Positions 1-11,766 of a DNA stretch of 64,000 bases are shown here, one piece after another. The first letter of the stretch is position 1, and each line of letters opens with the position of its first letter. The DNA comes from Sphaerodactylus townsendi (taxonomy: Eukaryota), in NCBI RefSeq assembly GCF_021028975.2, contig NC_059425.1, positions 27,404,001 to 27,468,000 on the forward strand, given 5' to 3'. The notes under the pieces were generated by a model. That model saw only the letters and a list, made by a program, of their open reading frames with translations, did not search any database and was not told where the DNA came from. Position numbers and translations under genes: made by a program.

Positions 1-270
1 CGTCCTCCTCCTGTTGCTTAAATACATCAATCAAGTTCTGTAAGCGTGGAGAAACCTCTTGCCTTTTGTTTTGGAAATGAAATCAGGTCTGGTGATTGCA
101 TTCTAATGCAGCTTCTGGGCTTGGACTCTGTGAAAGGTGATACCGGTAAGATCATTAATTTGCCACAAGAGTCAGTTATTTTAGTTGCGCAGCAATCTTT
201 TTTTTTGTTTTGTTTAAAGCCTATCTTTTTGTCAGATATCTGGGGCACAAAGCAGGTTACAACAGTAACA
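1..270 (+). repeat. Local diverged direct repeat, copy 1 (runs off the window start)
   Basis: Aligns by eye with 1150-1400 (TTGCTTAAATACATCAA, GCCTTTTGTTTTGGAAATGAA, GTAAGATCATTAATT, TCAGATATCTGGG, CACAAAGCAGGT). Confidence 0.85.
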
Positions 271-379
271 CGGTTTGGCACGGTTTGACGAGTGGTTTTA
301 GATAGTTTCACAACATTCTTCGAGTTCAATAAAATACGATGGCGCTCAAAAGAATGCACTTTTCCTGAAAATAGTATCT

Positions 380-760
380 AAACAAGTGCCGGGTGCTTCC
401 CTCCTTTCCCCCCTTCCAGCGCATTTGGAATCGGAGAAGGGGCTTGTAGGCCACGGGTTCGAATTCGCCGCTTCTCTTAGAAATCAGCTTGGCCCCGGGA
501 CGCTTGCGGAGGAGCACGGCCGCGTCGGGCCGCTGCTCGGCTTCCCTCTAGCGGTGGCAGCTGGAATCACCGCGAAGGGAAGCAGGAAGCGTCGCTTGGC
601 TAAGGAGCTGAGATCAGCTGAGCTGTCGCCGAAGGAAGTCGGGGACGGAACTGGAGGCGACTGGGCGGGCAGGGCGGTAAGTGGTGCAGGGAAAAGCACC
701 TTGCATTCCCGGGTGTGTGCCGCGTGCCTCGGGTTTTTTTTGTCTTCCGCTGGGCCCCGT
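380..760 (+). promoter_or_regulatory. AP5B1: CpG-island promoter and non-coding first exon of AP5B1 (donor after 676)
   Basis: CpG-dense stretch with ETS-like GGAAG/CGGAA motifs and a GC box; strong donor GCG|GTAAGT at 676/677; the next acceptor (TTTTGCAG| 3440) opens the ATG-containing exon. Confidence 0.65.
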
Positions 761-1149
761 GTGCATGATGAGCCCAGGCCCAGCACAACTTCCCCTCCTT
801 TCATTGCACAACTCCAAATATCTTATTTTTCTCTTCCAACATAGACGATTCTCACGTTTATTTCGTCCCATCCCATGCTTTCCCAGCGCATTGGCGATGC
901 ATCACTTGGTAGTTACGTGGCGATCCCACTTGCATTTCGATGGGACCTCTAGAAACCATCCCACCCCACCCCCTTGCCAGTGCTGCAAGGACGCGGGCTG
1001 TGTTGGGCAAGCACGGATGTTTTTCAACCGCTTAAGTTGTGAATAACACAGCGCGAGATGCAAGAAGTTCAGGGCTTGTCGTTATCTGGGCGGAATTTAA
1101 ATGTAATCAAGGAGAGGCCCTTTGCAATCGAAGTAATTGGCGATAGCTC

Positions 1150-1400
1150 CGTCCTTCTCCTCTTGCTTAAATACATCAAGCTCTGTAAGGGGTGGGGAGA
1201 TTTGCCTTTTGTTTTGGAAATGAAGTCAGATCTGGTGAATTCTAATTCAGCTTCTGGGCTCATGAAAGCTGAGGCCCAGTAAGATCATTAATTGCCCAAG
1301 AGTCAGTTATTTCAATTGCAGCAATCTTCATTCGTTTAAATATATATAAGCCTGCCTTTCTATCAGATATCTGGGCCACAAAGCAGGTCACCACAATAAA
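1150..1400 (+). repeat. Local diverged direct repeat, copy 2
   Basis: Same blocks, in the same order, as 1-270. Confidence 0.85.
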
Positions 1401-1805
1401 AGCAGTGGCGAAACATTCATTCTAAAGCCAACAGAATTAAAACTAACACTACCATAGTGGCAACAAAAGGGATTTTTAGGATTCGGGGTACCTTCAAACC
1501 CAGGAATCCCATGCAAACTTCTTCCTTCTCAACCTACTGTGTTGTTTACTTAAAAACCACCTTTATCCAGCCAAAGGAATCCTAAGGGAGGTGGCAGTGG
1601 GTACCTGCTGAATTAATCAGATTCCATAATACTGTTACTGGAGTATCTCTCCCCAAGACGGTTCTGGAAGTTTGGGGTGTGGTGTTGTCAATATGTGGGT
1701 GAAACTCCATTTCTTTATTTCAGTGGATTCCAAAAAAGGCTATGGATTGGTTAAACCAGAGCCTGAAGTCAGAATGGGCTGGATGAGAGTAAAAAGCTTA
1801 ACATA

Positions 1806-1946
1806 GGCTGATTCCGCATGGGCCAAAAAACAGCAGTGTGAAAATGGTGTGAAAACAGTATAAACCCTTTCACACTGTTTTAAATCCTTTTACACCATTT
1901 TCACACCGTTTTCACACTGCTGTTTTTGGCCCATGCGGAATCAGCC
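1806..1946. mobile_element. Palindromic MITE, PIF/Harbinger-like
   Basis: Long TIRs GGCTGATTCCGCATGGGCCAAAAA…; 3-bp TSD ATA. Confidence 0.8.
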
Positions 1947-3002
1947 ATAGACAATGGTAGAGGTGGGCCGATTACGCACAAGGTGTTTGCTGTGTGGTGG
2001 ATTTTTTTGTACAGACTTCTTTCCTCTAGCCCTGCTTTCACTTTCCACTCTTATCTGCAGCAAGCAAATCCACTTATAGCACAATTTTCATTTTGCTTCG
2101 CTGCCAGAGTGAAACAGATTTGCCAGTGGGCATAGCTTTGCCCCGGACCTCTTCCCTCTGCCCACAGCCAACCCACAGTCTTGCCCCCCCCCCCCACACG
2201 CACATTTCCTTGTGCTGTTTGGCACACTTTCCCCTCGCCCTACTTCCTGCACCTGACTACTACTTCTGCTGTATCATTTCTATTGCCCATGGCCTTCTTG
2301 CTCCTGCATATCTGGAGATCTTTAGATTAAAATAAATAAATAAATAACCATATCGATAAATTAATACTAACACTAAAAAAAATGTAAAAATAATAAGACA
2401 AGTCAGCCAGTCCAAACGCCTGATATGCTCCTGCATTGGATCAACAAACTGGGACGTCTCCAGCCTCATAACTTTATACACAAGCAGTCAGGGATTCCAG
2501 ACCACACTGGGAAAAACCCATTGGTCCTGATGCTTGGGTTTACAGCACATGAAGAGACAGATGATCGTGAACCAGGGGAGCTTAGCAAACAACAGTTCAC
2601 TTTGTCCTTTTGTGGTTTGCAGTTTCCATGCTGCCACTACTCCCCATTCACTTCCCACCATAAAAGATGGTCAGTGTTTGAGCCCTTCGGGGATAAGGTG
2701 GTTATCAAATCCAGTAAGTAAGTAAGTAAATAAATAAATAAAGTGTACAGATGCCATATTGAGCAAAGTGTACAGGTGCCTTTTTTATGTCGATACATTG
2801 ATCTACTGATAGATTGATATATCCATCTATTGATAAGATTGAAGGTAAAAATGAAATATTATATCCAAAATTGAAGCATGCGTGTGCTATGGAGACCCCG
2901 CAAAACATCATGTGTGTCGCCCCCATGTGCAAGCATAAAGCCAGCTGATGAAGGACGCAAACGGAGCGGTGGGCAATAATGCCGAACATGCCCTGAAACA
3001 AA

Positions 3003-3143
3003 GGCCCCTTCCGCATACGCAAAATAATGCGTTTTCAACCCACTTTCACAACTGTTTGCAAGTGGATTTTGCTATTCCACACAGCTTCAAAGAGCACTGA
3101 AAGCAGTTTGAAAGTGCATTATTCTGCATGTGCGGAATGAGCC
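3003..3143. mobile_element. 141-bp MITE, PIF/Harbinger-like
   Basis: TIRs GGC…TTCCGCA/TGCGGAATGAGCC; TSD AAA; near-identical to 21398-21538. Confidence 0.8.
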
Positions 3144-3455
3144 AAAGACTCCCCAGCCAAAAGCTGAAGGAACCTTGCCTTGAGTAATCGGCTGTGGCCA
3201 GAGGATATATGATCCTGGAAATAGGACACAACATACATCATCAGATGGGTGTTTGGCATGCAGCTTGGGTAGCTGTTTGGCCTAGCCAGGTAACATCAGT
3301 GGCCTAGAATGCCTTTTATCAACTTAAGTTGATATATCCCATTTGCTGCCTTTTGTGTTGAAGCCTGGCCTGGCCAGACACGGTCCGTTGACTTTCAAGT
3401 AATGTCTTCGACGTTCTCTTTTTTGTTTCTATTTTGCAGCCTTACTGTCTTCACC

Positions 3456-6400
3456 ATGAGTCAAAGGAGTGCAGAGGGCTGGGTCAGTTCTGTCACCTCT
3501 TTCCGTCTGTGCCCCACAGCCTTCCTTTCTGCCTATGGGGCCAGCGACACCTTTGTAGCTGACCTGTTACAGGAGCTGCACAATGAAAAGCTGGGGGAGC
3601 AGATCAAGGTAATGCAGAATTGCAACTTTGGGGATGGTTGCAGAGAAAGGTGTGAGGTGATATCATGGCCTTTACTCATTCCAGCAGCTTGAAGGGCCCA
3701 GTTTTGTGAATAGGATTGCTGTAGGAAAAGCAAGATGTACAGGAATTGGAAGGGGTAGGTCCCTCTGCTGATTCTGCCATAAAAATAAATTCCACTTGTA
3801 GGAAGGGGTCCATCTTGCTGGTTTTCCTGATTGTAACCCTACTTTTTGCAATCTCCCTGTAGTGTAGTCTCCCTTCCAGCCTTGGGTGATTTTTTTTAAA
3901 ATCCCAGCCAGATTCCCTCACAGAAACCATATTGGGGTGCTGTGTGGTTTCCGGGCTGTATGGCCGTGTTCTAGCAGCATTCTCTCCTGACGTTTCGCCT
4001 GCATATTGTTTTCCTGCTACCTGAATCTTCCCATCTCAGCTGTTTAGAATGTTTGTGAACATTCAGTGACATTATAGCCTTTTCACCAACAACTAGCCCG
4101 ATGTTCAGGGACTCTCTGTGTGCGTGGAAAGGGGTTTTAAATCCTGTGATTCCAGTCTGTGCTGAAATCAGTATGGAAAAGCCAGGAAATGTGAGAAGTG
4201 ACTGTCTTGTTGTTTCGGCCTGGGTGAAAATGAATTGCGGAACACTTGGGTTCAAATTACTTCTGTATCATGAACTAGACTCACAGGGTTGCTGTGAGAA
4301 TAAATGCGGAGAATGGGAGAGCAATGTGCACTGTTCCAAACTTTTTGGAGGACTAAAAATGAAAGTGTAGCATGGACTGTTCCTCTTCAAAATGTGGCTA
4401 ACTGGTGTGTGGCCAACGGCCCTGGGACCTCACAAGCACATAAATGTGTGATAGTGAAAAAAAAGGAAAAGAAATGCTGCCTTGGAAAGAAATCCTTTTG
4501 TAAAATAAACAATAATGAATTTGAGATTACTGTCTGGAGAAAGTATGGAAGATAGAAGAGGTAGGCCAACCATGTTTTGGGGACAGCAGCATGTGGGGAA
4601 AGGTTATGTCGGGATTGAGCTGGAATCTAGCAGGGCAATCATTAAGGAAAACATTAAGGCAATCATTAAGGAAAGGCTGACACTTCCTTACAGCAACTGT
4701 ACTTCCCTCTTGCAGGTCTCCATGTTGTCACTCCTCCTGGAATATCCCACTCTGTTATGCCCAGATGCCAAGGTGGGGCAAGAGGCCGTGGCGTCCTTGC
4801 TGTCTCTTTTTACCCAGCTGGGCTCCTCACCCAAACTGCTGTCTCTGCGATGCCACCTGCTTTTCACAATGGGGACAGTGCTGTTGGCCACGGAGGCCTT
4901 TGGCGAAGGCTGCCAGACTTCCCACGAATACCTCTCCCTGCTGTTCCACCTGGCTTCAGACCTTAATGACCGGCATGGAGGACTTGCGGAGAGACCCATC
5001 CGGGTAGCCGCCTGTGAGTGCCTGAGAGAGGTGGAATGTTGCCACCCTGGCTTGCTGTCGCGGCGCTTGGAGACCCTTCGTTCCTTGCAGCAGCAGGAGG
5101 CCTCTTCGGCCCATCAGGGGTACACCTTGCTGTATAGCTTGGCTCTGCGGAACGCAATCTTGCTGCTTGCGCGGGGTAACCAGGGAAGCCTGGTGGAGCT
5201 TCTGGCAGGCAGCGAGGGCCTGGTCTGGGGAGCTACGAAGGAGCTGGGTGAGCTTTCCGTGGCCGCTCTCGACCAGCTGCTCCTCATGCCCTCGTCCGGC
5301 GACCTCAAGGAGTTGAAATCGGTGGTCTCGTCTCTGCTGGACAGCTCCTACCTTTTGTCCCCAGCAGCTCAAAGCCACCTCCTGTGGCACTTGGCCCAAG
5401 CCGTGAGCGTCGTGCGCACCCAGTCTCCCGCCATCTTCAAAGCCCAGCTGGTGCGCCTCTTTGGCACCTCTGACGTGGCGCTGCTGCATGCCATCCTGCA
5501 GCTCAAGTCTCTCTTCACAGACAGCCTCTTCACGGCCGAAGACGAGGCTTTCTTGCTGCGCCGCCTCGTGGGCATGGCCCAACACCCGGCGTTGCCCACC
5601 CCAGTGAAACTCTTCCACCTGGACTGCCTCTTGCATTTCCCCGAGAACAGGCCGCTGGGCTCGGGCACAGAAGAGGCTCTGCCAGTTTTGCTGACTCCTC
5701 GTACAATCTCTGGCCTCTTCCCTGGCCTCTTCCAGGACCAGGGCACCATCTTGGCACGGCTGAATTTGCTGTGCTTGGTGTGCATGGAGAGCGAGGGGCC
5801 TGCCGCCGAACAAGGGGTGAGCTACCTTTTGGAGCATGTGCTGGCCCTTGGGGGGTTGGTGGCTGGGAAAGGCGGGCAGGAGGCCTCCCGGCTCTTTTTC
5901 CGAGCAGCGCTCCTTTTTTCCCGGTATTTCGGCTCACGGGCACAGCCCATGGCAGAGTTGACCCACTGCCTCTTGGATCTCTACCGTCAGAACTGCCGTC
6001 TGGCACCGAACGTCATCAACCTTTTGGATGAAGTCTGGGCAGTGACGGAAGAGCCCAGCTGGGCCGGCTCTTTTGCTCACGACTTGCAAGACCTGATTGT
6101 GGGACTGCCCTTGCAAGAGAAGGAGCTGAGCTGGCATCTCAAAGTCTTGGCCAGATTGGCCAAGGAGAAGGACATTCCCCAAAGGAAGACCATGTGGCTC
6201 CTGAGACGCCTGGTTGCCTTGGACCAACTTGGGGACTGGCGCTCGGGACAAATTCTCCTGAGCATCTGCCGCAATTTGATGCAGCTTCAACCGCTGCCTG
6301 CTCCATACCAACTGGCCGACCTTTTGCAGGCCGTCTCCCTCTGCCATGTCGATGTAGACATCCGAGACAGGGCTCGTTTCTACTACACCCTGCTGGCCAG

Positions 6401-7286
6401 CCTCTCTGATGATAAACTCGGGGCTGTGCTGGCTCCGCAGGGCCCCAGCAAGGCCCGGACGCTCTCCTCTTCCATTGTGGCCGACAGCGAGAGCTTTGTG
6501 GCATCTCTAACAGTGCACCCGGCTGTGCAAGCCCCCATGCGGTTGGAGAGGGTCGGAAAGAGCAGTGACATGGCTGCCGTTCCCCACTTTGTGCAAGACG
6601 TGGACAGCTATTGCCAGTGGTTGCTGGAGCCGCGGCCCCCCTCGCACCTCAACCTGACGTACCAGCTGGTCCACTCAGATCCCTCTAGTCCCCCTTGTGA
6701 CCTCTTGCTCTGCGTGGTGCTGCGTTTTGTGTGCTCTGACCGGCATTATGAGCCTGTGCCAGAACTGTGCGTGCCCTGCCTCTCGGCACGCCGCCCACCC
6801 CAGACTGTGACCCTGACACTGCAGCCTCGTTGTCCCTACCCCACGCAGGTCAACGTCTTTGCTGTGTACACAACGCAGAAGGGTCTCACCCACGGCAGCC
6901 AGCTGGAACCACTGGAGGTAGCTTTCCCTGATCTCTTTTTGCCTCTGAAGTTGCCAGCCTGGTCCCTTGAGAAGCGGCACCACCTTTTTGGCGCTCTTTG
7001 GCACCAGCTTCATCCGGACGGCAATGAGGCCTGTGCCGAGAGCCTTGTCTGCTGGCCTGTGCCCCCCCAGTCCCTGGGGTGCTTGGTGCAGGATCATTTT
7101 GCCACGTACATTCTAGCTGAACAGTCGGGCTTGTACGAGATCGGCATGGCGCTGCCGCCACAGTATCACATTCTGCTGCAAGTGCAGAGCGTTAAAGACG
7201 CCGCCCGCGTGAGCATCCGGACAGACAACTGGAAACTCTTGCCTTCCCTGAACAGCTACTTGCTGGGTCTTGTGGAGGCCGGGTGA
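3456..7286 (+). CDS. AP5B1: AP-5 complex subunit beta-1, join(3456..3608,4716..7286), 907 aa
   Basis: Exon 1 MSQRSAEGWVSSVTSFRLCPTAFL...EKLGEQIK resembles the human N-terminus (…FRASPSAF…SEKLSEQTK); AAG|GTAATG donor and TTGCAG|GTC acceptor, phase 0; long second exon with DVDIRDRARFYY adaptin motif and C-terminal IRTDNW; two-coding-exon layout and synteny with RNASEH2C. Confidence 0.95.
3932..4003 (-). mobile_element. Penelope-like element terminal fragment
   Basis: Reverse complement ATGCAGGCGAAACGTCAGGAGAG…CAGCCCGGAAACCACACAGCACCCCA, related to 50770-51110. Confidence 0.55.
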
Positions 7287-7700
7287 GCGGGAAGAGGGAC
7301 TGTTGGGACTCATTTCGGGGTGTGCGTGTGAAAAAATAAAAATCTTTTTGCAAGTCATCTGCGATACAGGTTGGATGGGGAAGGGGAACTTTTGTGCGGG
7401 GCCTGTTGGAGTGTTTTCAGAAAGGGACTGGGGGGTTGAGTGTCCCCCAGCATTGCACAAGGGATGTGGTGGCTGACCCGTGGCTCATTGAAAGCATCAG
7501 CAAACCTTTCTCTGTGGTTCTCCTAAAGAGGAAAGAAGGCCTGTGACGATATCAATAATCCCATGCGTTCCGTGCCTTATTTATAGTCGTTTCCGTGCAT
7601 CTCCCAGAAATCTATGCTCAAGTGGTTGGCAAGCTCCCATTCTGTACCAGGGATGCTATTTAAGCTTCAAGGCCAAAGACTTTGGGAGGGTCAGATACTC

Positions 7701-8179
7701 AATAAACAAAAGTGCTAGTGGCAGTGGAAAACTCCAACACCAAGGAACATTAACACCCTGCTTAGCAAACCTTGATATTACAAAGTGCAAAATTTGATAG
7801 TGTGAAAGAGTGAATATAATAACAAATTATCCATTCATACATACACCGCATCCATACCAACAACTTGCAAACAACATGAATCCTGGAGATTCCAGGAGAA
7901 CCTTTTTGTATTGAATTATTGTTACATTTACTTATTTCCCTTCTATTGTAATTAGTTTAAGTGGTGATTTATTTATTTATTCACTTATCAGAGATATTCT
8001 AAGTAGGTATTCAGTGAGAGGGATATGAGCTGTTTGAAAGTTGTTTGAAAGTTGTTGGTATGAATGTGGTGCATACATGAATGGATAATTTGTTGTTATA
8101 TTCACTCTTTCACACCATTAAATTTTGCACTTTGTAATATCGAGGTTTGCTTAGCGGGGTGTTATATTGTTTTCTGTTC
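7701..8179. mobile_element. Insertion with ~125-bp inverted arms, flanked by a 13-bp direct repeat
   Basis: Arms 7751-7875 and 8040-8164 are reverse complements; GGGTCAGATACTC at 7688-7700 and 8180-8192. Confidence 0.65.
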
Positions 8180-9029
8180 GGGTCAGATACTCCCCAAAAC
8201 ATTATTTAACGTAGAAAGATTTAGTTTAATCTCTGACATTTCCACATTTACAGAAATCTCAGGTAGCAGAGACTGGGAAAACCCTTTCTGTCCCTTAGAC
8301 CTTGAGGGGAGTGTACTGACCACACTGAGCTATGTAAATCAGTGGTCGCATTTGGGATAGAGCAGTTTTTATGTTTAGAAAGGGAGGGCATTTAGCTCAG
8401 GGCTTTGAATGCAGGTTCAGCCCCCAGTGGCCTCTCCAGTTAAACGGTCATTGAGTACCAACTGCTGGGAAAGGCCTTTCTCTGCCTGAGAATCTGGAGT
8501 TTTCAACCCAGTCAGAGGAAATGATACCAAGTCTGATGGGCCAACAGCTTGAGTTGGTACAAGGCACCTTGTTATGTTCACCTCTCCCAAAGGCAGTCTC
8601 TCTTTTGCTAGGGGACCCATGGTAGACCACCTGCTTTGTGTGCCAAAGGCCCCAGGTTTAATCCCCAGTTCAGAGAACAGGCATTCTGCTCCCAGGTCCA
8701 GTGTGGATTCCTTGTCCTTATATTCAAAGCTCTCCAAAGCCATGTGCCTGCCCTCTGATTTCTTCTATCCCTCTGCTTTGCAACTTTGCTTTTCAGCAAA
8801 AGCAACACTTCAACAAGACCAACACTTTTCAGCAAAAGCACTTCAGCAAAAGCAACACTTTAAAGTCATCAGACAACATCCTTCCTTCCTTGATGCTCCC
8901 TGTGCCTAGAACTACCTCTCACAATAACTGTGTGATGCCTCTTGGCTCCCTGCTTTCGAACCCTTTCCCCAAACCCACCTTAATGACTTTCATCTTCATC
9001 TCTACCTTTCTCCAAATTTTAGGGCGTAA

Positions 9030-9216
9030 GATGACCTGGATGGGCCAGGCTAACCTGGTTCTCATCAGATCTCTGAAGCTAATTGGGGTTGGCCCTGGCT
9101 AGTACTTGGATGGGAGGCCACCAAGGAGGTCCAGGGTTAGTACACAGAGGCAGGCAATGAAAACCCTGCAGGGTTGCCATAAGTCAGCTGTGATTCAATG
9201 ACACTTTTTACCACCA
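9030..9216 (+). mobile_element. 5S rRNA-derived SINE (related copies ~13645-13780 +, ~14450-14580 -, ~42470-42805 +)
   Basis: GATCTCTGAAGCTAA…CTGGCTAGTACTTGGATGGGAG resembles the 5S internal control region (box A/IE/C), followed by a non-5S tail. Confidence 0.7.
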
Positions 9217-9270
9217 GCATGTTCCTCTGGACAGGAATATGTCATCTTGTAATTCATGCACACCAATGAT

Positions 9271-9657
9271 CACAGGCGGAGCTACCAGGGGGCACATTGC
9301 ACTGGGCGCGTGCCTGGGGAGCGGAAATCGCCCCCCACAGCGCCCCCCGCCCCACCCTCCCACACTTAATTTAGTTCAGCCTGAAAGTGGAGGCTGGAAA
9401 AGCGGCCTGTTCACTTGAGGCTGAAAACAGCCTGGTGGGAACTACACTTCCCAGGAGACCTTGTGAGCCCCAGGGTCTCCTGGGAAGTATAGTTCCCACC
9501 AAGCCGTTTTCAGCCTCAAGTAAACAGACTGCTTTTTCCAGCCTTCACTTTCAGGTAAGTGGGCGGGGGGGCAGTGACGGTGTGAAGCCGGGGGGTGGGG
9601 CAGTGGCAGAAAACGCAGCGTGCACACCAGGCACAGTATGGCCCAGCTATGCCTCTG
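9271..9657. mobile_element. hAT MITE with ~80-bp internal hairpin (9380-9555)
   Basis: TIRs CACAGGCGGAGCT/AGCTATGCCTCTG; 8-bp TSD CCAATGAT/CCAATGGT. Confidence 0.8.
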
Positions 9658-9789
9658 CCAATGGTTCTATATAAATCCACATAAATATGTGGATTAATGG
9701 TCTTACTCAGGACAAGGTTGCGCTATATGGGTGTTTGTATAAAGAAAAGGTTTTCTATTTACTTCATGTATATTTTTAATAAGGAGAGG

Positions 9790-9985
9790 AGGGGCCTTGG
9801 CTCAATGATAGAACATCTGCTTGGCATGCAGAACGTTGCAGGTTCAATCTCTGATGTCTCCAGTGAAAAGGATCAAGAAGTAGATACTGTGGAAGACCTC
9901 TGCCAGAGACCCTGCCAGTCTGAGTAGACAATACTGGCCTTGATGGACAGATAATCTGAATCAGTTTAAGGCAGCTTCATGTGCT
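9790..9985 (+). mobile_element. tRNA-derived SINE (related copies ~8384-8580, ~36222-36372, ~51927-52090)
   Basis: Box A TGGCTCAATGATAG and box B GGTTCAATC, then a shared body (…CTGCCAGTCTGAGTAGACAATACTG…). Confidence 0.65.
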
Positions 9986-11399
9986 CAGTAGGACAAAAAC
10001 CTGAAAAGGAACTGAAGCTGTGCTGCAGGCTGAAGCTACCTTTCTCCTTAATCTGGCACTTGGTTCTACTTTATATCATGTCTTGTGTAGTCCCTCTGGC
10101 AATATATTGTGGGTTTTCTGCTGCAAGGGAATTTTGTTGGAAAACAAAAGGACTTGATATGCACTTGCTGTCATGACAGGAACTGATGATCTTTCTTTGT
10201 CCCTGGCTTTCCACCCAAGAAGTCTCTGTGCACCATGAAGTCTTGCACCCTTGTAGACACAAGAGGATCCAGTAGAAGCTAGATTCCTGTAATATTTTGG
10301 GATCCTGTACAGATTGGAGTGCCTTAGTATAGTGTTTCTGATGCGGAACTGAGGGTTGTATGTAATGGCTAAACCCATGCTTTGGAATTCTGCTGTAATA
10401 TCTCACAGGGCCGGTGGCCCTGGACAGTCTCCCCCACTTAGATAATAGAATACTTGAACTGCAAGTCAGTTCAAGTTTGGGGATACCCTAATACCCAGAA
10501 TTGCTCTCTGGAAATCTCACACAGGACACTTCTCTGCAACTGAAGCCACTTAAAAGTGTCAGGGCAAGAAGGTCTCTAGTCATTTGAAAAAAGGGAACAG
10601 AGTATTTCTTCAAAAGAGACAGGATTCTTAACAATGGGCTACTTTCCCATAATGCTCTGCTGTTGTGGGTAGTGAAGATGCGCTGAATGAGTGAGAGAGG
10701 CTAGCTGTGCCGTCTGAAGCAAATTAACCTCCTGCTAAGACTTCCAGAAGACTCAGAAGCATGTAGCTCTTCCTCGTATTGCACTGCAGGAAGGCTGGTT
10801 GATTTGGTTTGCCTGCCCTAAGGCTGGAAGACCCACCTGCACACATGACCCCATGGGGCTTGGAGGCCTCCAGAATATCACTTTGTCCTGTGCCACCCTG
10901 CAAAGTGATGCTAACAATCTCCCTCCTTCTGTTAGTTAGGGCAAAACTCACTGTGTTTGCATTCACAGTCCGGGATGTTAACAAGGAAAGCAGAGCATGG
11001 CTGGAATTCTTTCTTGCTCTCCTGTCTTCTATATTAAAGGCTGGCCAAAAGGCTGAGCAGCAGGGGAGGCTTCAATTCCAGCTACTGGGCATGCGCAGCA
11101 GGGATGACACACTCTTATGCAAATTTTTATTTAATCCCCGTGGTCTTCTGTATACTTTGATATCTAAATCCTATTTAGTAGACGTTTCTGATGCTATTCA
11201 TTAATCACAATAAATTTATTTTTTTCTTACATTTATTAAATATATATACCTTTTACATTTACGAAAGTGAGATCTTAAACCCAGACATACATTCCAGGCG
11301 GAAAGCTTCGTTGAGAAATGTTTTTAACATATCAGTCCTAAATGAACAGGAGGAAGGCGGGGCTGGAATCCTAGGCGAGCTACGTTCAGTATAAAATCT

Positions 11400-11766
11400 C
11401 TTGCCTTTCGAGCAATTAATTAGGCGGAAGTAAGTACGTTTCATTCACAGTGCACATGGGGCAAGCATGCTCAGCAGTAAGAGCAGCCTGCTGCCTTCCA
11501 AGCTAGTGCGCTCTGCTGCTTTGGGCACTTCTCGAGTGGGCGTTGCTTCTTCACGAAGACTGGAGCAGCCGGACCTCCTCCTTTAGGAAACTTGGAACAA
11601 TTCAACCGGTCGAGCTTCTTATGGAGGAAAAGGCTCGCTCCGCCTCCTGCCCCAGGTGGGCGGGGCTTCTTTCCAATCCCGGAAGTCGGCAGGAGCCCGG
11701 AGTGGATGCCTGGACGGGGCGGGGAGAGGCGTGAGCTGCGCGGGAAGCCAGGAAGGGAAGCTGCTG
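11400..11766 (+). promoter_or_regulatory. RNASEH2C: CpG-island promoter of RNASEH2C
   Basis: CpG-rich; ETS motifs GGCGGAAGT (~11422) and CCGGAAGT (11679); GC boxes immediately upstream of ATG 11767. Confidence 0.6.

Noticed and set aside
4515-4715. ORF-track 923-aa start for AP5B1 at 4515
   Set aside because: The first 67 aa are intronic read-through; the homologous N-terminus is encoded by exon 3456-3608 and a good acceptor lies at 4716
4956-5837. 293-aa antisense ORF and other overlapping ORFs inside AP5B1
   Set aside because: Shadow ORFs of a GC-rich, Leu-rich CDS; no recognisable domain
8790-8861. Short degenerate repeat (TTCAGCAAAAGCAACAC)
   Set aside because: Irregular slippage minisatellite with no spacers; not CRISPR-like
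9030-9140. 5S rRNA gene
   Set aside because: Diverged, lacks proper ends and continues into a SINE tail shared with other copies
9790-9860. tRNA gene
   Set aside because: No complete cloverleaf; it is the head of a multi-copy SINE
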